Shown here piece by piece: positions 19,398 to 28,288 of a DNA stretch of 45,689 bases. A program made the translations under genes and the position numbers. The stretch is taken from contig CALJZR010000001.1 of NCBI GenBank assembly GCA_937983635.1, positions 1-45,689 on the forward strand, read 5' to 3'. The notes below the pieces were generated by a model. That model was given only the letters and a program-made list of their open reading frames with translations, was not told the origin of the DNA and made no database searches. The stretch is from an uncultured bacterium (GTDB lineage Bacteria > Patescibacteriota > Patescibacteriia > Patescibacteriales > UBA12465). How positions within the stretch are numbered: the first letter of the stretch is position 1; the number at the start of each line of letters is the position of its first letter.

Positions 19398-20260
19398 ATT
19401 TTATAAATTGAAATATTCTTGTCGGCATTTTTTTGAATATGGGCAATATCTTCTGTTTTTAAGTGGCGGAAGCGACCTTGCATTTTTAAATATTCATCAA
19501 CCGGCTTAGCCTGAAAATTTTGATTGATGCTAGAGCTGCTTAATTGGCTGTTACTGTATTCAAGTAGGGGATATAATCCCGTCTGGACAGCTAGACGGGC
19601 GGCCGCAATCGCTTCATCTGTTTTAATTTTCCAGCCGGGTACACAGGGGGAGAGAATTTGTATATATGTCGGCCCCGATGTTGCCAGAGCCTTCTTCACT
19701 TTATTAGTGATATCATCAGGAAAAGCAGCGGTGCTTTGGGCAATGTAATTTAGTCCGTGGGCAAGAGCGATGCCAATCATATCTTTTTTTACTTGCTGTG
19801 CTCCGATGCTTTTTTTGTCAGCGGGGGTGGTGACCGTGTTAGCACCCCAAGGAGTGGAACCAGAAGCCTGGACGCCGGTATTGGAGTAAGATTCGGTGTC
19901 GTAGCAAATATAGAGAATTTCTTCGCCTCTTTCCCAGAGGCCGCTAATTAAGCCGATGCCGATATCATAAGTGCCGCCGTCTCCCGCTTGAATTACTACT
20001 TTAGTGCCTTTCTTTTTTTTTCGCAGAGAAGCTTTGACACCACTCGCGATCGCCGCCGAATTTTCGAATAAAGAATGAATCCAAGGCAATTGCCAGGCGC
20101 TTTGGGGGTGGGCGGTAGTAGTTACTTCTAAGCAGCCGGTAGCATTTACTAAAATCGTATCCGCGCTTAAAGCCCGCATCACTGCCTGTACTGCGCTTAA
20201 TTGGCCACAGCCGGCACAGGCATTATGGCCAGGGGTGAGAAAATTTTTTTTATATTCCAT
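19394..20260 (-). CDS. porB: Pyruvate/2-oxoacid:ferredoxin oxidoreductase beta subunit (TPP-binding)
   Basis: GHNACAGCGQ at the N-terminus, the GDGGTYDIG TPP-binding motif, and a length of 288 aa. Confidence 0.9.
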   Translation of the reverse strand: MEYKKNFLTPGHNACAGCGQLSAVQAVMRALSADTILVNATGCLEVTTTAHPQSAWQLPWIHSLFENSAAIASGVKASLRKKKKGTKVVIQAGDGGTYDIGIGLISGLWERGEEILYICYDTESYSNTGVQASGSTPWGANTVTTPADKKSIGAQQVKKDMIGIALAHGLNYIAQSTAAFPDDITNKVKKALATSGPTYIQILSPCVPGWKIKTDEAIAAARLAVQTGLYPLLEYSNSQLSSSSINQNFQAKPVDEYLKMQGRFRHLKTEDIAHIQKNADKNISIYKI

Positions 20261-20267
20261 ATCTTAA

Positions 20268-21275
20268 TTATTCAAAGTCTTTGTAGCAGCAGTATAAACC
20301 GCTGAAACATTCGCGACCATCCCCATTATCGGCGTAATATTTTTCTCCTGTTTGGCCGAGCTGACTGCATCTTGTTTCGGAACAGAAGGCTCCGGGTTCA
20401 GAGCCGCAAGATTCTGAGGCGTCAGCATTACCAAGATAGCACATGGAGAAATAGCAATAACCATTTAATTCTTCGCCAGTACCTGTTTCTTCACATCGCT
20501 CTCCGTCTTTAATTCCCAGGCAATTTGCGACTTTACCGGAACATTCTGGCCATTGGCTGCAACGATTATTTTTTAGTTCATACATTATTCTCAAATCTTG
20601 AACAAAGTAATTTCCGCAGTTTTCTTTAGTGGTAATTTTTTTGTCAGCATCAAAGCACCATACTACTTTGCCGTCGCAGTCTTTTTTAATATTACAGCCC
20701 ACGGTTATCATTTGGCAGCGACCACCGGAAGCTAAATAAATACCCGCTTCGCTGTGCTGATATGGAGTTCCATTTTTTTCTTTACAAGTTTTACTGTCCA
20801 TAGTTTCCGCCTTGCCATCGTATTCGCAACAGACAATACTAACTTTTTCAATTAATTTTATGGTGGCAAGACGGAAGTTGAGCAGGTCTGGATTAATGGT
20901 GTTTAACATTATCCAAGCGCCAAAAAGAAGGATGAGACCAGTAATACTACCCATAATTAAGCCTTTAGCTTGGCTAACCTTATCACTGCTGCCGGCTGAA
21001 GTCAGCCAGATAACGCCGCCGGCCATTAAAACGATAGCGGCCAAGATACCGCCGATACGGAGGCCGTAGTTATAAAAAGCTTGAATCATTCTAGCAATAT
21101 AGCTGACGTCATTTTCTTCCATGACAACGTTACTTTCAAATCCAGGTAAGCCTACCTGAGGCTGGAAAGTTAAAGGATCTTCAACAGCGGCTATTACCGG
21201 GAAGATGCTTAAAAAAAGTAGACCGGTAATGGCGAAAAATAGAATTAGTTTAATTTTTTGTTGCCGCTTGGACAT
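20268..21275 (-). CDS. Exported protein: signal/anchor, T4SS-pilin-like two-TM core, C-terminal Cys-rich domain (24 Cys)
   Basis: The ATG at 21275 (MSKRQQKIKLILFFAITGLLFLSIFPVIAA) is preferred over the track start at 21302, which would overlap porA. The core is YGLRIGGILAAIVLMAGGVIWLTSAGSSDKVSQAKGLIMGSITGLILLFGAWIMLNTINP. The C-terminal 190 aa is full of Cys (CC, C-x-C). The gene lies between porA and porB with gaps of 4 and 7 nt. Confidence 0.8.
   Translation of the reverse strand: MSKRQQKIKLILFFAITGLLFLSIFPVIAAVEDPLTFQPQVGLPGFESNVVMEENDVSYIARMIQAFYNYGLRIGGILAAIVLMAGGVIWLTSAGSSDKVSQAKGLIMGSITGLILLFGAWIMLNTINPDLLNFRLATIKLIEKVSIVCCEYDGKAETMDSKTCKEKNGTPYQHSEAGIYLASGGRCQMITVGCNIKKDCDGKVVWCFDADKKITTKENCGNYFVQDLRIMYELKNNRCSQWPECSGKVANCLGIKDGERCEETGTGEELNGYCYFSMCYLGNADASESCGSEPGAFCSETRCSQLGQTGEKYYADNGDGRECFSGLYCCYKDFE
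20847..21098 (-). other. T4SS-pilin-like two-helix core, copy B
   Basis: aa ~60-143 of the 335-aa protein, paralogous to copy A. Confidence 0.6.
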
Positions 21276-21279
21276 ATAA

Positions 21280-22437
21280 TTACCAAAATTTAAGACCCTC
21301 ATGTTGAGAGGATTTAATTATACTATTAATTGTTTCTAGGCTGATGTCGCGGCCGCCTAAGCCGACGATGTGATTGCTAAATATGCCTTTAACCGTTGGG
21401 CAAGCAGCTATTACATCCGCGTATAAGGGGCCGGTGGCGCCGCTTGATATAGCTTTTTCAATAATGGCGATTTGGTGGCTACGGCTGGCGATTCTTTTAA
21501 TATCTTCAGCGGGGAAGGGGCGGTAGCTGCGGATTTTTAGTAGCCCCACTTTATTTTGTTTTTTTAAAGCTTCTTTAATGGTGCCGCTGACCGAGCCCAT
21601 GGCGATTAAAAGAGTTTCCGCTTTTTGAGGCCCATAGTATTCCACTAAGCCATTATCAAAAATAGTTTTAATTGCTAGGGGTGAAGGTAATATTTTTTTC
21701 CAGCTGTGATAAGCGCTGGTAATTTTTGCAGTGGCTGCTTTTAGATCTTGATCTAAACGGGCTTTTTCTTGCCAGTAATATTCCGGGCTGAAAAAACCGC
21801 CGATCGTAATTGGCTGTTTAGGGTTAAGATAGGTGCCAAGCTTCGGCTTGTAGCTCGGAAGGTATTTTTTTATTTGTAATTTACTGGGAATAATTACATT
21901 TTCATGGGAGTGAGTAAGAATGAAGCCGTCGACATTTACCGTCACGGGAATATTTAAGCTTTCCGCTAATTTATAGGAGATAACATGCAGGTCAACCGCT
22001 TCTTGATGATTTTCCGCAAAGAGCATTATCCAACCAGCATCCCGCATGGCCATGGCATCGCTATGGTCATTCCAAATATTAATAGGAGCACCTACTGCCC
22101 GGTTGGCCACAGTCATAACTAGCGGCAAGCGTAAGCCGGAGGCGTTATATAAAACTTCAATCATTAGTAATAATCCTTGGGAGCTGGTGGCGCTATAGAC
22201 GCGGCTACCGGCTGCGCTCGCGCCCACTACAATTGAAGCGGCCGCAAACTCGCTTTCCGCTCTAAGGTATTCATAATTAGCTTTTCCCGAGGCTTTAAAC
22301 GAGGCTAAATCTTCAACAATATGAGTTTGGGGAGTAATGGGGTAGGCGGAAACAACCTCTGGCTGGATATTAGCCACAGTTAAAGAAATAGCTCGAGAGC
22401 CTTCCAGGAAGCTAGTTTTGGTGATATTTTTTTTCAT
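21280..22437 (-). CDS. porA: Pyruvate/2-oxoacid:ferredoxin oxidoreductase alpha subunit
   Basis: The ATG at 22437 (MKKNITKTSFLEGSRAI...) begins right after the porD stop. The track's longer start at 22521 would overlap porD by about 80 nt. It contains VSAYPITPQT and typical alpha-subunit length. Confidence 0.9.
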   Translation of the reverse strand: MKKNITKTSFLEGSRAISLTVANIQPEVVSAYPITPQTHIVEDLASFKASGKANYEYLRAESEFAAASIVVGASAAGSRVYSATSSQGLLLMIEVLYNASGLRLPLVMTVANRAVGAPINIWNDHSDAMAMRDAGWIMLFAENHQEAVDLHVISYKLAESLNIPVTVNVDGFILTHSHENVIIPSKLQIKKYLPSYKPKLGTYLNPKQPITIGGFFSPEYYWQEKARLDQDLKAATAKITSAYHSWKKILPSPLAIKTIFDNGLVEYYGPQKAETLLIAMGSVSGTIKEALKKQNKVGLLKIRSYRPFPAEDIKRIASRSHQIAIIEKAISSGATGPLYADVIAACPTVKGIFSNHIVGLGGRDISLETINSIIKSSQHEGLKFW

Positions 22438-22438
22438 T

Positions 22439-22720
22439 TTAGTAATCTTTAGCCATAATAATGGCTTTGACTGGACATTCAGCGGCACAAATGCCGCAGC
22501 CTTTGCAGTAGTCATAGTCAACTTCGGCCTTCATTTTACCGTTTTTATCCATTTTCATGAGAATACAGGCGTCGGGACAGAGCTTGGCGCAACGTGAACA
22601 ACCCACACAAACAGCGGCGTCAATTTGGGGTTTTTGGGTTCGCCAAGATCCAGTTTTATTGGCTAAGGCTGTTCCGGGCGGGGTGGCTGGCGATAAAGCT
22701 TTGTTATTTTTTTTGTCCAT
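22439..22720 (-). CDS. porD: Pyruvate:ferredoxin oxidoreductase delta subunit (2x[4Fe-4S] ferredoxin-like)
   Basis: Two cluster motifs, CVGCSRCAKLCP and CKGCGICAAECP, in 93 aa. Confidence 0.9.
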   Translation of the reverse strand: MDKKNNKALSPATPPGTALANKTGSWRTQKPQIDAAVCVGCSRCAKLCPDACILMKMDKNGKMKAEVDYDYCKGCGICAAECPVKAIIMAKDY

Positions 22721-23270
22721 ATCGATAAGCTTCTTTAACGGCCGTTTGATTTTTATTAATTATGTCCCTGCCTTTGCTTTGAAATTTTTCTGCCACGGCG
22801 CTAAGAAGCGATTTGAGAGTTATAAAGTTGGTAATTTGAGCAAAGGCGCCTAAAATAACGGTGTTAACAATATTTTTGCCTAGAAGGCGCAAGGCGATAG
22901 CGGTAGCGGGACTGCTGATAATTCTTTCAATTTTTATTTTATTGCCGCTTAAGCACTGTAATTCTTCGGGACTTTTATTGCTGTTGACAATTAAATAAGT
23001 CTGGGAGCTAATTCCGTTTAGAATTTCTTTATTCTCCAGGAGGCTTTCGTCTTGAATAATTAAAACATCCGGCTGATATATTTGTTCACGGGTAATAATT
23101 ATTTCTTTAGAAATGCGGGCAAAAGCCTGGATGGGGGCGCCACTTCTCTCTACGCCAAAAGAAGGGAAGGCCTGGGCATATAGGCCGTCTTTAAAAGCAG
23201 CGAGGGCAATTAGTTCCGCTGCTGTTACTACTCCTTGACCACCGCGGCCGTGAATTCTAATCTGAAGCAT
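22704..23270 (-). CDS. porG: Pyruvate/2-oxoacid:ferredoxin oxidoreductase gamma subunit
   Basis: The ATG at 23270 (MLQIRIHGRGGQGVVTAAELIA...) is the canonical gamma-subunit N-terminus and has an AAGGA upstream. The gene overlaps porD by 17 nt. Confidence 0.88.
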   Translation of the reverse strand: MLQIRIHGRGGQGVVTAAELIALAAFKDGLYAQAFPSFGVERSGAPIQAFARISKEIIITREQIYQPDVLIIQDESLLENKEILNGISSQTYLIVNSNKSPEELQCLSGNKIKIERIISSPATAIALRLLGKNIVNTVILGAFAQITNFITLKSLLSAVAEKFQSKGRDIINKNQTAVKEAYRYGQKK

Positions 23271-23283
23271 ATTTTCCTTGTGG

Positions 23284-24036
23284 TTATTGTGCCAGCAAAC
23301 CGTCAATCATGCTGGTAAAATTTTCTTCAGGGTAGAAGCCGGTAATTTTATAGCGATTAACAAACCAGCTAGGCGTTCCGGAGAGACCTAAGAGTTCGGC
23401 GTCGGCAAAATCGTCATTTAAACGATATAGATAGGTTTTGTTATCTAAACAACTATTGAATTTTTCCGTTTCTAACTTTATTTCGGCGGCTACTTCTTTT
23501 AGCTTGGCATTCAAAGCGGCGCTTTGGAGGCTGCTGATTTCCGTTTGTCGTTCAAACAATAAGTCGTGCATTTCCCAGAATTTACCTTGGGCTCCAGCGC
23601 AGTTGCCGGCAAGGGCGAGGTCTACCGAATTATCATGTAAGGGGTAGTCGCGAAAGGTGATGCGTATCTGATTGCCGTATTTTTTAGCTAAATTTCTGAC
23701 CACGGGAGCGGCTTGCTGGCAGTAAGGGCAGGCATAGTCAGAAAAAATTACAATTTTTACCTTGGCATCTTGCGGGCCAAGACTATAATTTTCCCCCCGT
23801 CCATCAATGGCGGCAGTAATTTTTTTTATTTCTTCTTCTTGGGCGGCGATACTTCCGCTCTCTCTGATATTTTTAACTTGATTAACTATATAGCTAGCCG
23901 CCGTAATGGCTCCAGCAATTATTAGAAAGATAAAAATTATGAGCATGATACCCCACCATTTTTTATACCAAGGGCGGAGTTTAACTTTGTGTCTTTCTTT
24001 CATTTCCAAATATTGGATACGCTCATTAAGGCTCAT
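23284..24036 (-). CDS. Membrane-anchored DsbA-family thiol:disulfide oxidoreductase
   Basis: N-terminal TM (WWGIMLIIFIFLIIAGAITAASYIV) and a thioredoxin-fold CPYC active site (FSDYACPYCQQAAP), with DsbA-like length and layout. It is the first gene of the minus-strand cluster. Confidence 0.85.
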   Translation of the reverse strand: MSLNERIQYLEMKERHKVKLRPWYKKWWGIMLIIFIFLIIAGAITAASYIVNQVKNIRESGSIAAQEEEIKKITAAIDGRGENYSLGPQDAKVKIVIFSDYACPYCQQAAPVVRNLAKKYGNQIRITFRDYPLHDNSVDLALAGNCAGAQGKFWEMHDLLFERQTEISSLQSAALNAKLKEVAAEIKLETEKFNSCLDNKTYLYRLNDDFADAELLGLSGTPSWFVNRYKITGFYPEENFTSMIDGLLAQ

Positions 24037-24096
24037 ATGTTTGATTGAAAAAAGCTAAGTTTTTCTTTATACTTAATAAGTATTTATTTTGATTTT

Positions 24097-24125
24097 ATTA
24101 TATCACAAGTGCTATTTTGTGGCTA
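24097..24125 (-). promoter_or_regulatory. Candidate extended -10 promoter for the dsbA-por cluster
   Basis: On the minus strand it reads TAGCCA-17 bp-TATAAT, with TGA immediately upstream of the -10 (TGnTATAAT). It lies about 55 nt upstream of the dsbA-like ATG. Confidence 0.4.
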
Positions 24126-24154
24126 TTTGACTAAGTGCTTTAAAGCTGATTTTT

Positions 24155-24916
24155 ATGAAAATAATTTCTTGGAATATTAACGGTATTCGCGCCGCCCTTA
24201 ATAAGGGCTTATTGCAATTTGTTGAGCAGGAGAAGCCTGACATTATTTGTTTCCAGGAGATAAAAATCGGAACTGAAGCTTTGGCGAAGACGGAGATTAA
24301 TTTTCCTGGTTATCAGATTTTTTGGAATAGTGCTCGGCGCCCTGGTTACAGCGGCACGGCCACCTTGCTTAAAGAGGGTTTGTCGGGGATTGAAATTACC
24401 AATGGTTTGGGCAAAGCGGAATATGATGATGAGGGCCGGGTGCAAGTGATAAAGACTAAAGATTTTTATCTGCTCAATATTTATTTTCCTAATGCCAACC
24501 CCGAATTAGGAAGGTTGGCCTATAAATCTGCTTTTAACCAGGAATTCTTAGGCTTTATTCAGAAATTAGAGCAAGATAAACCCGTGGTTATTACCGGTGA
24601 TTTTAATGTTGCTCATCAGGAAATTGATTTAGCTCGCCCTAAAGAAAATGTAGGCTCAGCTGGCTTTACCGCTGAAGAACGGGAGTGGTTTCAATCTTTG
24701 TTAGCCGCCGGTTATATTGACGCTTTTCGTCTTTTTAATCCTGAAAAAGTGCAGTATTCTTGGTGGAGTTTTCGGGCCGGGGCCAGAAGTCGGAACGTTG
24801 GTTGGCGGATTGACTATTTTGTAATTTCCGCTAAACTTAGAAAAAAGATAAAAAGAGCTTTTATTCTTGACCAGGTGCTCGGCTCTGATCATGCTCCTGT
24901 CGGCATGGAGATTTAA
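24155..24916 (+). CDS. xth: Exodeoxyribonuclease III (AP endonuclease)
   Basis: MKIISWNINGIRA, ICFQEIK, GDFNVAH and GSDHAPV are the EEP-family Xth signature. Confidence 0.93.
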   Translation: MKIISWNINGIRAALNKGLLQFVEQEKPDIICFQEIKIGTEALAKTEINFPGYQIFWNSARRPGYSGTATLLKEGLSGIEITNGLGKAEYDDEGRVQVIKTKDFYLLNIYFPNANPELGRLAYKSAFNQEFLGFIQKLEQDKPVVITGDFNVAHQEIDLARPKENVGSAGFTAEEREWFQSLLAAGYIDAFRLFNPEKVQYSWWSFRAGARSRNVGWRIDYFVISAKLRKKIKRAFILDQVLGSDHAPVGMEI

Positions 24917-24947
24917 AAGCATTTTAAAGGATTGTAATTTATTTTAT

Positions 24948-27380
24948 ATGTACGACCATCGAGTAATTGAAAAAAAATGGCAAGAGCAGTGGCGGGCAGA
25001 TGATCTCTACCGGACGCGCGAAGATCATTCTCGACCAAAATATTATGTCTTAGACATGTTTCCTTATCCTTCGGGCGAAGGTTTGCACGTGGGACACCCT
25101 AAGGGCTATATTGCCACTGATATTGTCGCGCGTATGCGTTTATTGCAGGGCTATAGTGTTCTTCACCCTATGGGCTGGGACGCCTTTGGTTTGCCGGCAG
25201 AAAACTACGCTCTGAAAAATAAGGTGCATCCTCGAATCGCTACCGAGAAAAATGTGGCAAACTTTAAAAGACAGTTGGAATTATTAGGCTTTTCTTATGA
25301 TTGGAACCGGGAAGTTAATACAACTGATCCTGGATATTATCGTTGGACACAGTGGATTTTTTTACAGATGTGGCGTCAAGGTTTAGCCTATGAATCACAC
25401 GCCCCCATTAATTGGTGTCCTTCTTGCCAGACCGGCTTGGCCAATGAAGATTTGGAAGATGGCCATTGCGAACGTTGCGGCAGCCTGGTTGAACAGAAGC
25501 CTATTCGTCAATGGGTATTAAAAATTACTGCTTATGCCGAACGCTTGCTTCAAGATTTAGATAAATTAACCCAGTGGGAAGAGCCGATTAAAGAAATGCA
25601 GCGTAATTGGATCGGCCGGAGCGAGGGGGCGGAGGTAAATTTTAAAATTGAAGGAACAGAAGAAGAAATTGCTGTTTTTACTACCAGGGTTGATACTATT
25701 TTTGGTTGCACCTATTTAGTTTTAGCGCCGGAGCACCCTTTAGTTTTGCTTTGGCGAGATAAAATCGAGAATTGGTCGGAAGTCGAGGCTTGTCTAGAAG
25801 CGACCAAGAATAAAACGGAATTACAAAGAACGGATTTAAATAAAGAAAAAAGCGGAGTGGTTTTGCGGGGAATTAAAGCGATTAACCCTTTTAATAAGGA
25901 GGCGGTGCCAGTGTGTGTGGCTGACTATGTGCTTCATGCTTATGGCACCGGAGCGGTAATGGCAGTGCCCGCGCACGACGAGAGAGATTGGGAGTTTGCT
26001 CAAAAATATGCTCTCCCGATTCGGCCGGTGGTACAACCTTTGGCTGGCGATACTGAAGATACTTCCCGCGCCTATACGGCCGACGGCTTGTTAGATGCTT
26101 CTGGTGAATTTTCCGGCTTAGCCTCTGCCGAAGCTAGGGCTGCTATGTTTGCTTGGTTAGAAAAAAGTGGCCATGGTCGCAAGCAAGTAAATTATAAAAT
26201 TAAAGATTGGGTCTATTCCCGTCAGCGTTATTGGGGCGAGCCGATTCCTTTGATCCATTGTGAACACTGCGGCGTGGTCGCCGTGCCGGAAGAACAGCTA
26301 CCGGTTAAGCTGCCTGAAGTAGATAGCTATGCGCCCACGGGAACCGGGGAGTCGCCTCTGGCCGCCATTACTGATTGGGTTAATGTGAAATGTCCGCAAT
26401 GCGGCGGGCCGGCTAAGAGAGAGACGAACACCATGCCGCAATGGGGCGGTTCTTGTTGGTATTATTTGCGCTATTTGGATCCGAAAAATAATTCCGCCTT
26501 AGTTTCTCCAGAGCAAGAAAAATATTGGTCGCCGGTTGATTTATATGTTGGCGGAGCGGAACATGCCACTAGGCATTTAATCTATGCACGTTTTTGGCAT
26601 AAATTTTTATTCGATTTAGGCTTAGTTTCTCATGATGAGCCTTTTACCCGCCTGCAACACGTCGGCCTGATTATGGGCGAAGATAGTCGGAAGATGAGCA
26701 AGCGCTGGGGTAATGTTATTAACCCTGATGAGATGGCTGATCGTTTTGGGGCGGATGCTTTGCGAGTTTATGAGATGTTTATGGGGCCCTTTGACCAGGC
26801 CGCCGCTTGGAATACTAATGGTCTTTCCGGCGCTCGCAAGTTTTTGGATAAAGTGGAACAGTTGGTCGCCCTTAATCCTGAAGGGAAAGTGGTAGCTGAT
26901 AAAAGATTATTATCTCTACTGCATAAAACAATTAAGAAGACGGGGGAAGATATTGAAAATTTTCATTTTAACACGGCTGTTTCCGCCTTTATGATTTTAG
27001 CTAATGAGTTGACTGCTTATCAGCAAGTTCATCAGGCTTGGCCTTTTTCTCGTGAAGACTTTGCCTCTTTTTTAAAGATAATTTCCCCATTTGCCCCGCA
27101 TTTAAGCGAGGAATTATGGTCACGTCTTTCTTTTTCTGGAAGTATTTTTCGGTCTTCTTGGCCTTCGTTTGATAGTGATTTGATTAAAGACGAAGTTATT
27201 TCTTATATTGTTCAGGTAAATGGTCGCTTGCGCGGACAGGTGGTCCTGCCGGCGGCCGCGACCGAGGGAGAAGTTCTAGCGGCCGTTCACGCCGAAGGCG
27301 CTATTACCAAATGGCTGGAGGGGCAGGAGATTAAGAAAAGAATTTTTGTTCCCGGTAAACTGATTAATTTTGTTATCTGA
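24948..27380 (+). CDS. leuS: Leucyl-tRNA synthetase
   Basis: The ATG at 24948 (MYDHRVIEKKWQEQW...) is preferred; the track start at 24867 overlaps xth. It has the HIGH-type motif PYPSGEGLHVGH, KMSKRWGN (KMSKS), and a CP1 editing insertion. Confidence 0.97.
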   Translation: MYDHRVIEKKWQEQWRADDLYRTREDHSRPKYYVLDMFPYPSGEGLHVGHPKGYIATDIVARMRLLQGYSVLHPMGWDAFGLPAENYALKNKVHPRIATEKNVANFKRQLELLGFSYDWNREVNTTDPGYYRWTQWIFLQMWRQGLAYESHAPINWCPSCQTGLANEDLEDGHCERCGSLVEQKPIRQWVLKITAYAERLLQDLDKLTQWEEPIKEMQRNWIGRSEGAEVNFKIEGTEEEIAVFTTRVDTIFGCTYLVLAPEHPLVLLWRDKIENWSEVEACLEATKNKTELQRTDLNKEKSGVVLRGIKAINPFNKEAVPVCVADYVLHAYGTGAVMAVPAHDERDWEFAQKYALPIRPVVQPLAGDTEDTSRAYTADGLLDASGEFSGLASAEARAAMFAWLEKSGHGRKQVNYKIKDWVYSRQRYWGEPIPLIHCEHCGVVAVPEEQLPVKLPEVDSYAPTGTGESPLAAITDWVNVKCPQCGGPAKRETNTMPQWGGSCWYYLRYLDPKNNSALVSPEQEKYWSPVDLYVGGAEHATRHLIYARFWHKFLFDLGLVSHDEPFTRLQHVGLIMGEDSRKMSKRWGNVINPDEMADRFGADALRVYEMFMGPFDQAAAWNTNGLSGARKFLDKVEQLVALNPEGKVVADKRLLSLLHKTIKKTGEDIENFHFNTAVSAFMILANELTAYQQVHQAWPFSREDFASFLKIISPFAPHLSEELWSRLSFSGSIFRSSWPSFDSDLIKDEVISYIVQVNGRLRGQVVLPAAATEGEVLAAVHAEGAITKWLEGQEIKKRIFVPGKLINFVI

Positions 27381-27383
27381 TTT

Positions 27384-28238
27384 ATGGAAAATATTGCCGC
27401 TCGGACCAGGGAATTATGCCAGATTTATGAAATTAAGCCTGCTCGCAGCAAAGGCCAGAATTTTTTAATTAACGATGGCATCTATCAAGCAATCATTAAT
27501 GCTGCTGCTTTGCGCACCTCCGATACCGTTCTCGAAGTCGGTCCTGGTTTAGGTTTTCTGACGGCCGAGCTTTCAAAAAAAGTGGAAAGGGTGATCGCTG
27601 TCGAGCTAGACGATAAATTAGCCTCTTTATTACAGGTGGCAATTGACGCCCAGGCGGTAGAAAATGTGGAAATTATTAATCAGGATATTTTGCGTTTCAA
27701 TCTTGAAGAATATTTGGATGCCGCTACTGAATATAAAGTGGTGGCCAATTTGCCTTATAACATTACTTCTATTTTTTTACGCACCTTCTTGTCGTCAGCC
27801 CGTCCTCCGCGCTCTTTGGTGCTAATGCTGCAGAAAGAAGTGGCGGAAAGAATTGTGGCCACTGCTCCGGATATGTCTTTATTATCGCTGTCAGTTCGTT
27901 ATTATGGCACTCCTGAAATTATCCGCATTGTGCCTGCTTCTGACTTTTGGCCGGCACCGGCGGTCGATAGCGCGATTTTACGCTTTACTTATGACCGTCC
28001 TCGCCCGACCCCCGATTCTTTGGCGGTGGATAAGAACTTTTTTCGTATCGCCCGGGTGGCTTTCAGCGCTAAGCGCAAAATGTTAAAAAATAATTTATTA
28101 GCAGGCTTTAAAATTAAGCCTGAGGACCTAGAGAAAGCTTTTCAAACAGCAGGCATTGACGCTAAGGCGAGAGCCGAGAGTTTAAGCTTAGAGCAATGGC
28201 AACTTTTAGTTGCGGCTCTCGGCAATTTTGTGTTATAA
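27384..28238 (+). CDS. rsmA: 16S rRNA (adenine1518/1519-N6)-dimethyltransferase
   Basis: SKGQNFLIND, the SAM motif VLEVGPGLGFLT, and ANLPYNITS. Confidence 0.93.
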   Translation: MENIAARTRELCQIYEIKPARSKGQNFLINDGIYQAIINAAALRTSDTVLEVGPGLGFLTAELSKKVERVIAVELDDKLASLLQVAIDAQAVENVEIINQDILRFNLEEYLDAATEYKVVANLPYNITSIFLRTFLSSARPPRSLVLMLQKEVAERIVATAPDMSLLSLSVRYYGTPEIIRIVPASDFWPAPAVDSAILRFTYDRPRPTPDSLAVDKNFFRIARVAFSAKRKMLKNNLLAGFKIKPEDLEKAFQTAGIDAKARAESLSLEQWQLLVAALGNFVL

Positions 28239-28288
28239 TTTGAGTAATCTTGTTTTGTCCAAAGTTTTTAAAATTGGCCAGATTACTT

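Noticed and set aside
18196-19509. Several ORFs overlapping the 434-aa pilin-like/M15 gene and the porB end: 18196-18387, 18258-18500, 18262-18483, 18870-19130, 19228-19446 and 19291-19509.
   Set aside because: They are out of frame or antisense to a CDS that has coherent signal peptide, TM and catalytic motifs. None has recognisable features.
19524-21069. Antisense or alternative-frame ORFs inside porB and the 335-aa Cys-rich gene: 19524-19748, 19757-19951, 20264-20464 and 20812-21069.
   Set aside because: They are shadow ORFs of strongly supported genes.
21276-23306. Longer N-terminal extensions proposed by the ORF track for the Cys-rich gene (start 21302), porA (start 22521) and porG (start 23306).
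   Set aside because: The extensions overlap the preceding genes by 20-80 nt and add non-conserved residues. Internal ATGs at 21275, 22437 and 23270 give canonical N-termini (for example MLQIRIHGRGGQG) and tight non-overlapping packing.
24867-24947. Upstream extension of leuS (track start 24867), and similarly the TTG starts at 28250 and 9555.
   Set aside because: The 24867 start overlaps xth by 50 nt and adds a non-LeuRS peptide, whereas the ATG at 24948 yields the conserved MYDH..EKKWQ N-terminus. ATGs at 28289 and 9588 are preferred over the TTG starts, although the TTG alternatives cannot be strictly excluded.
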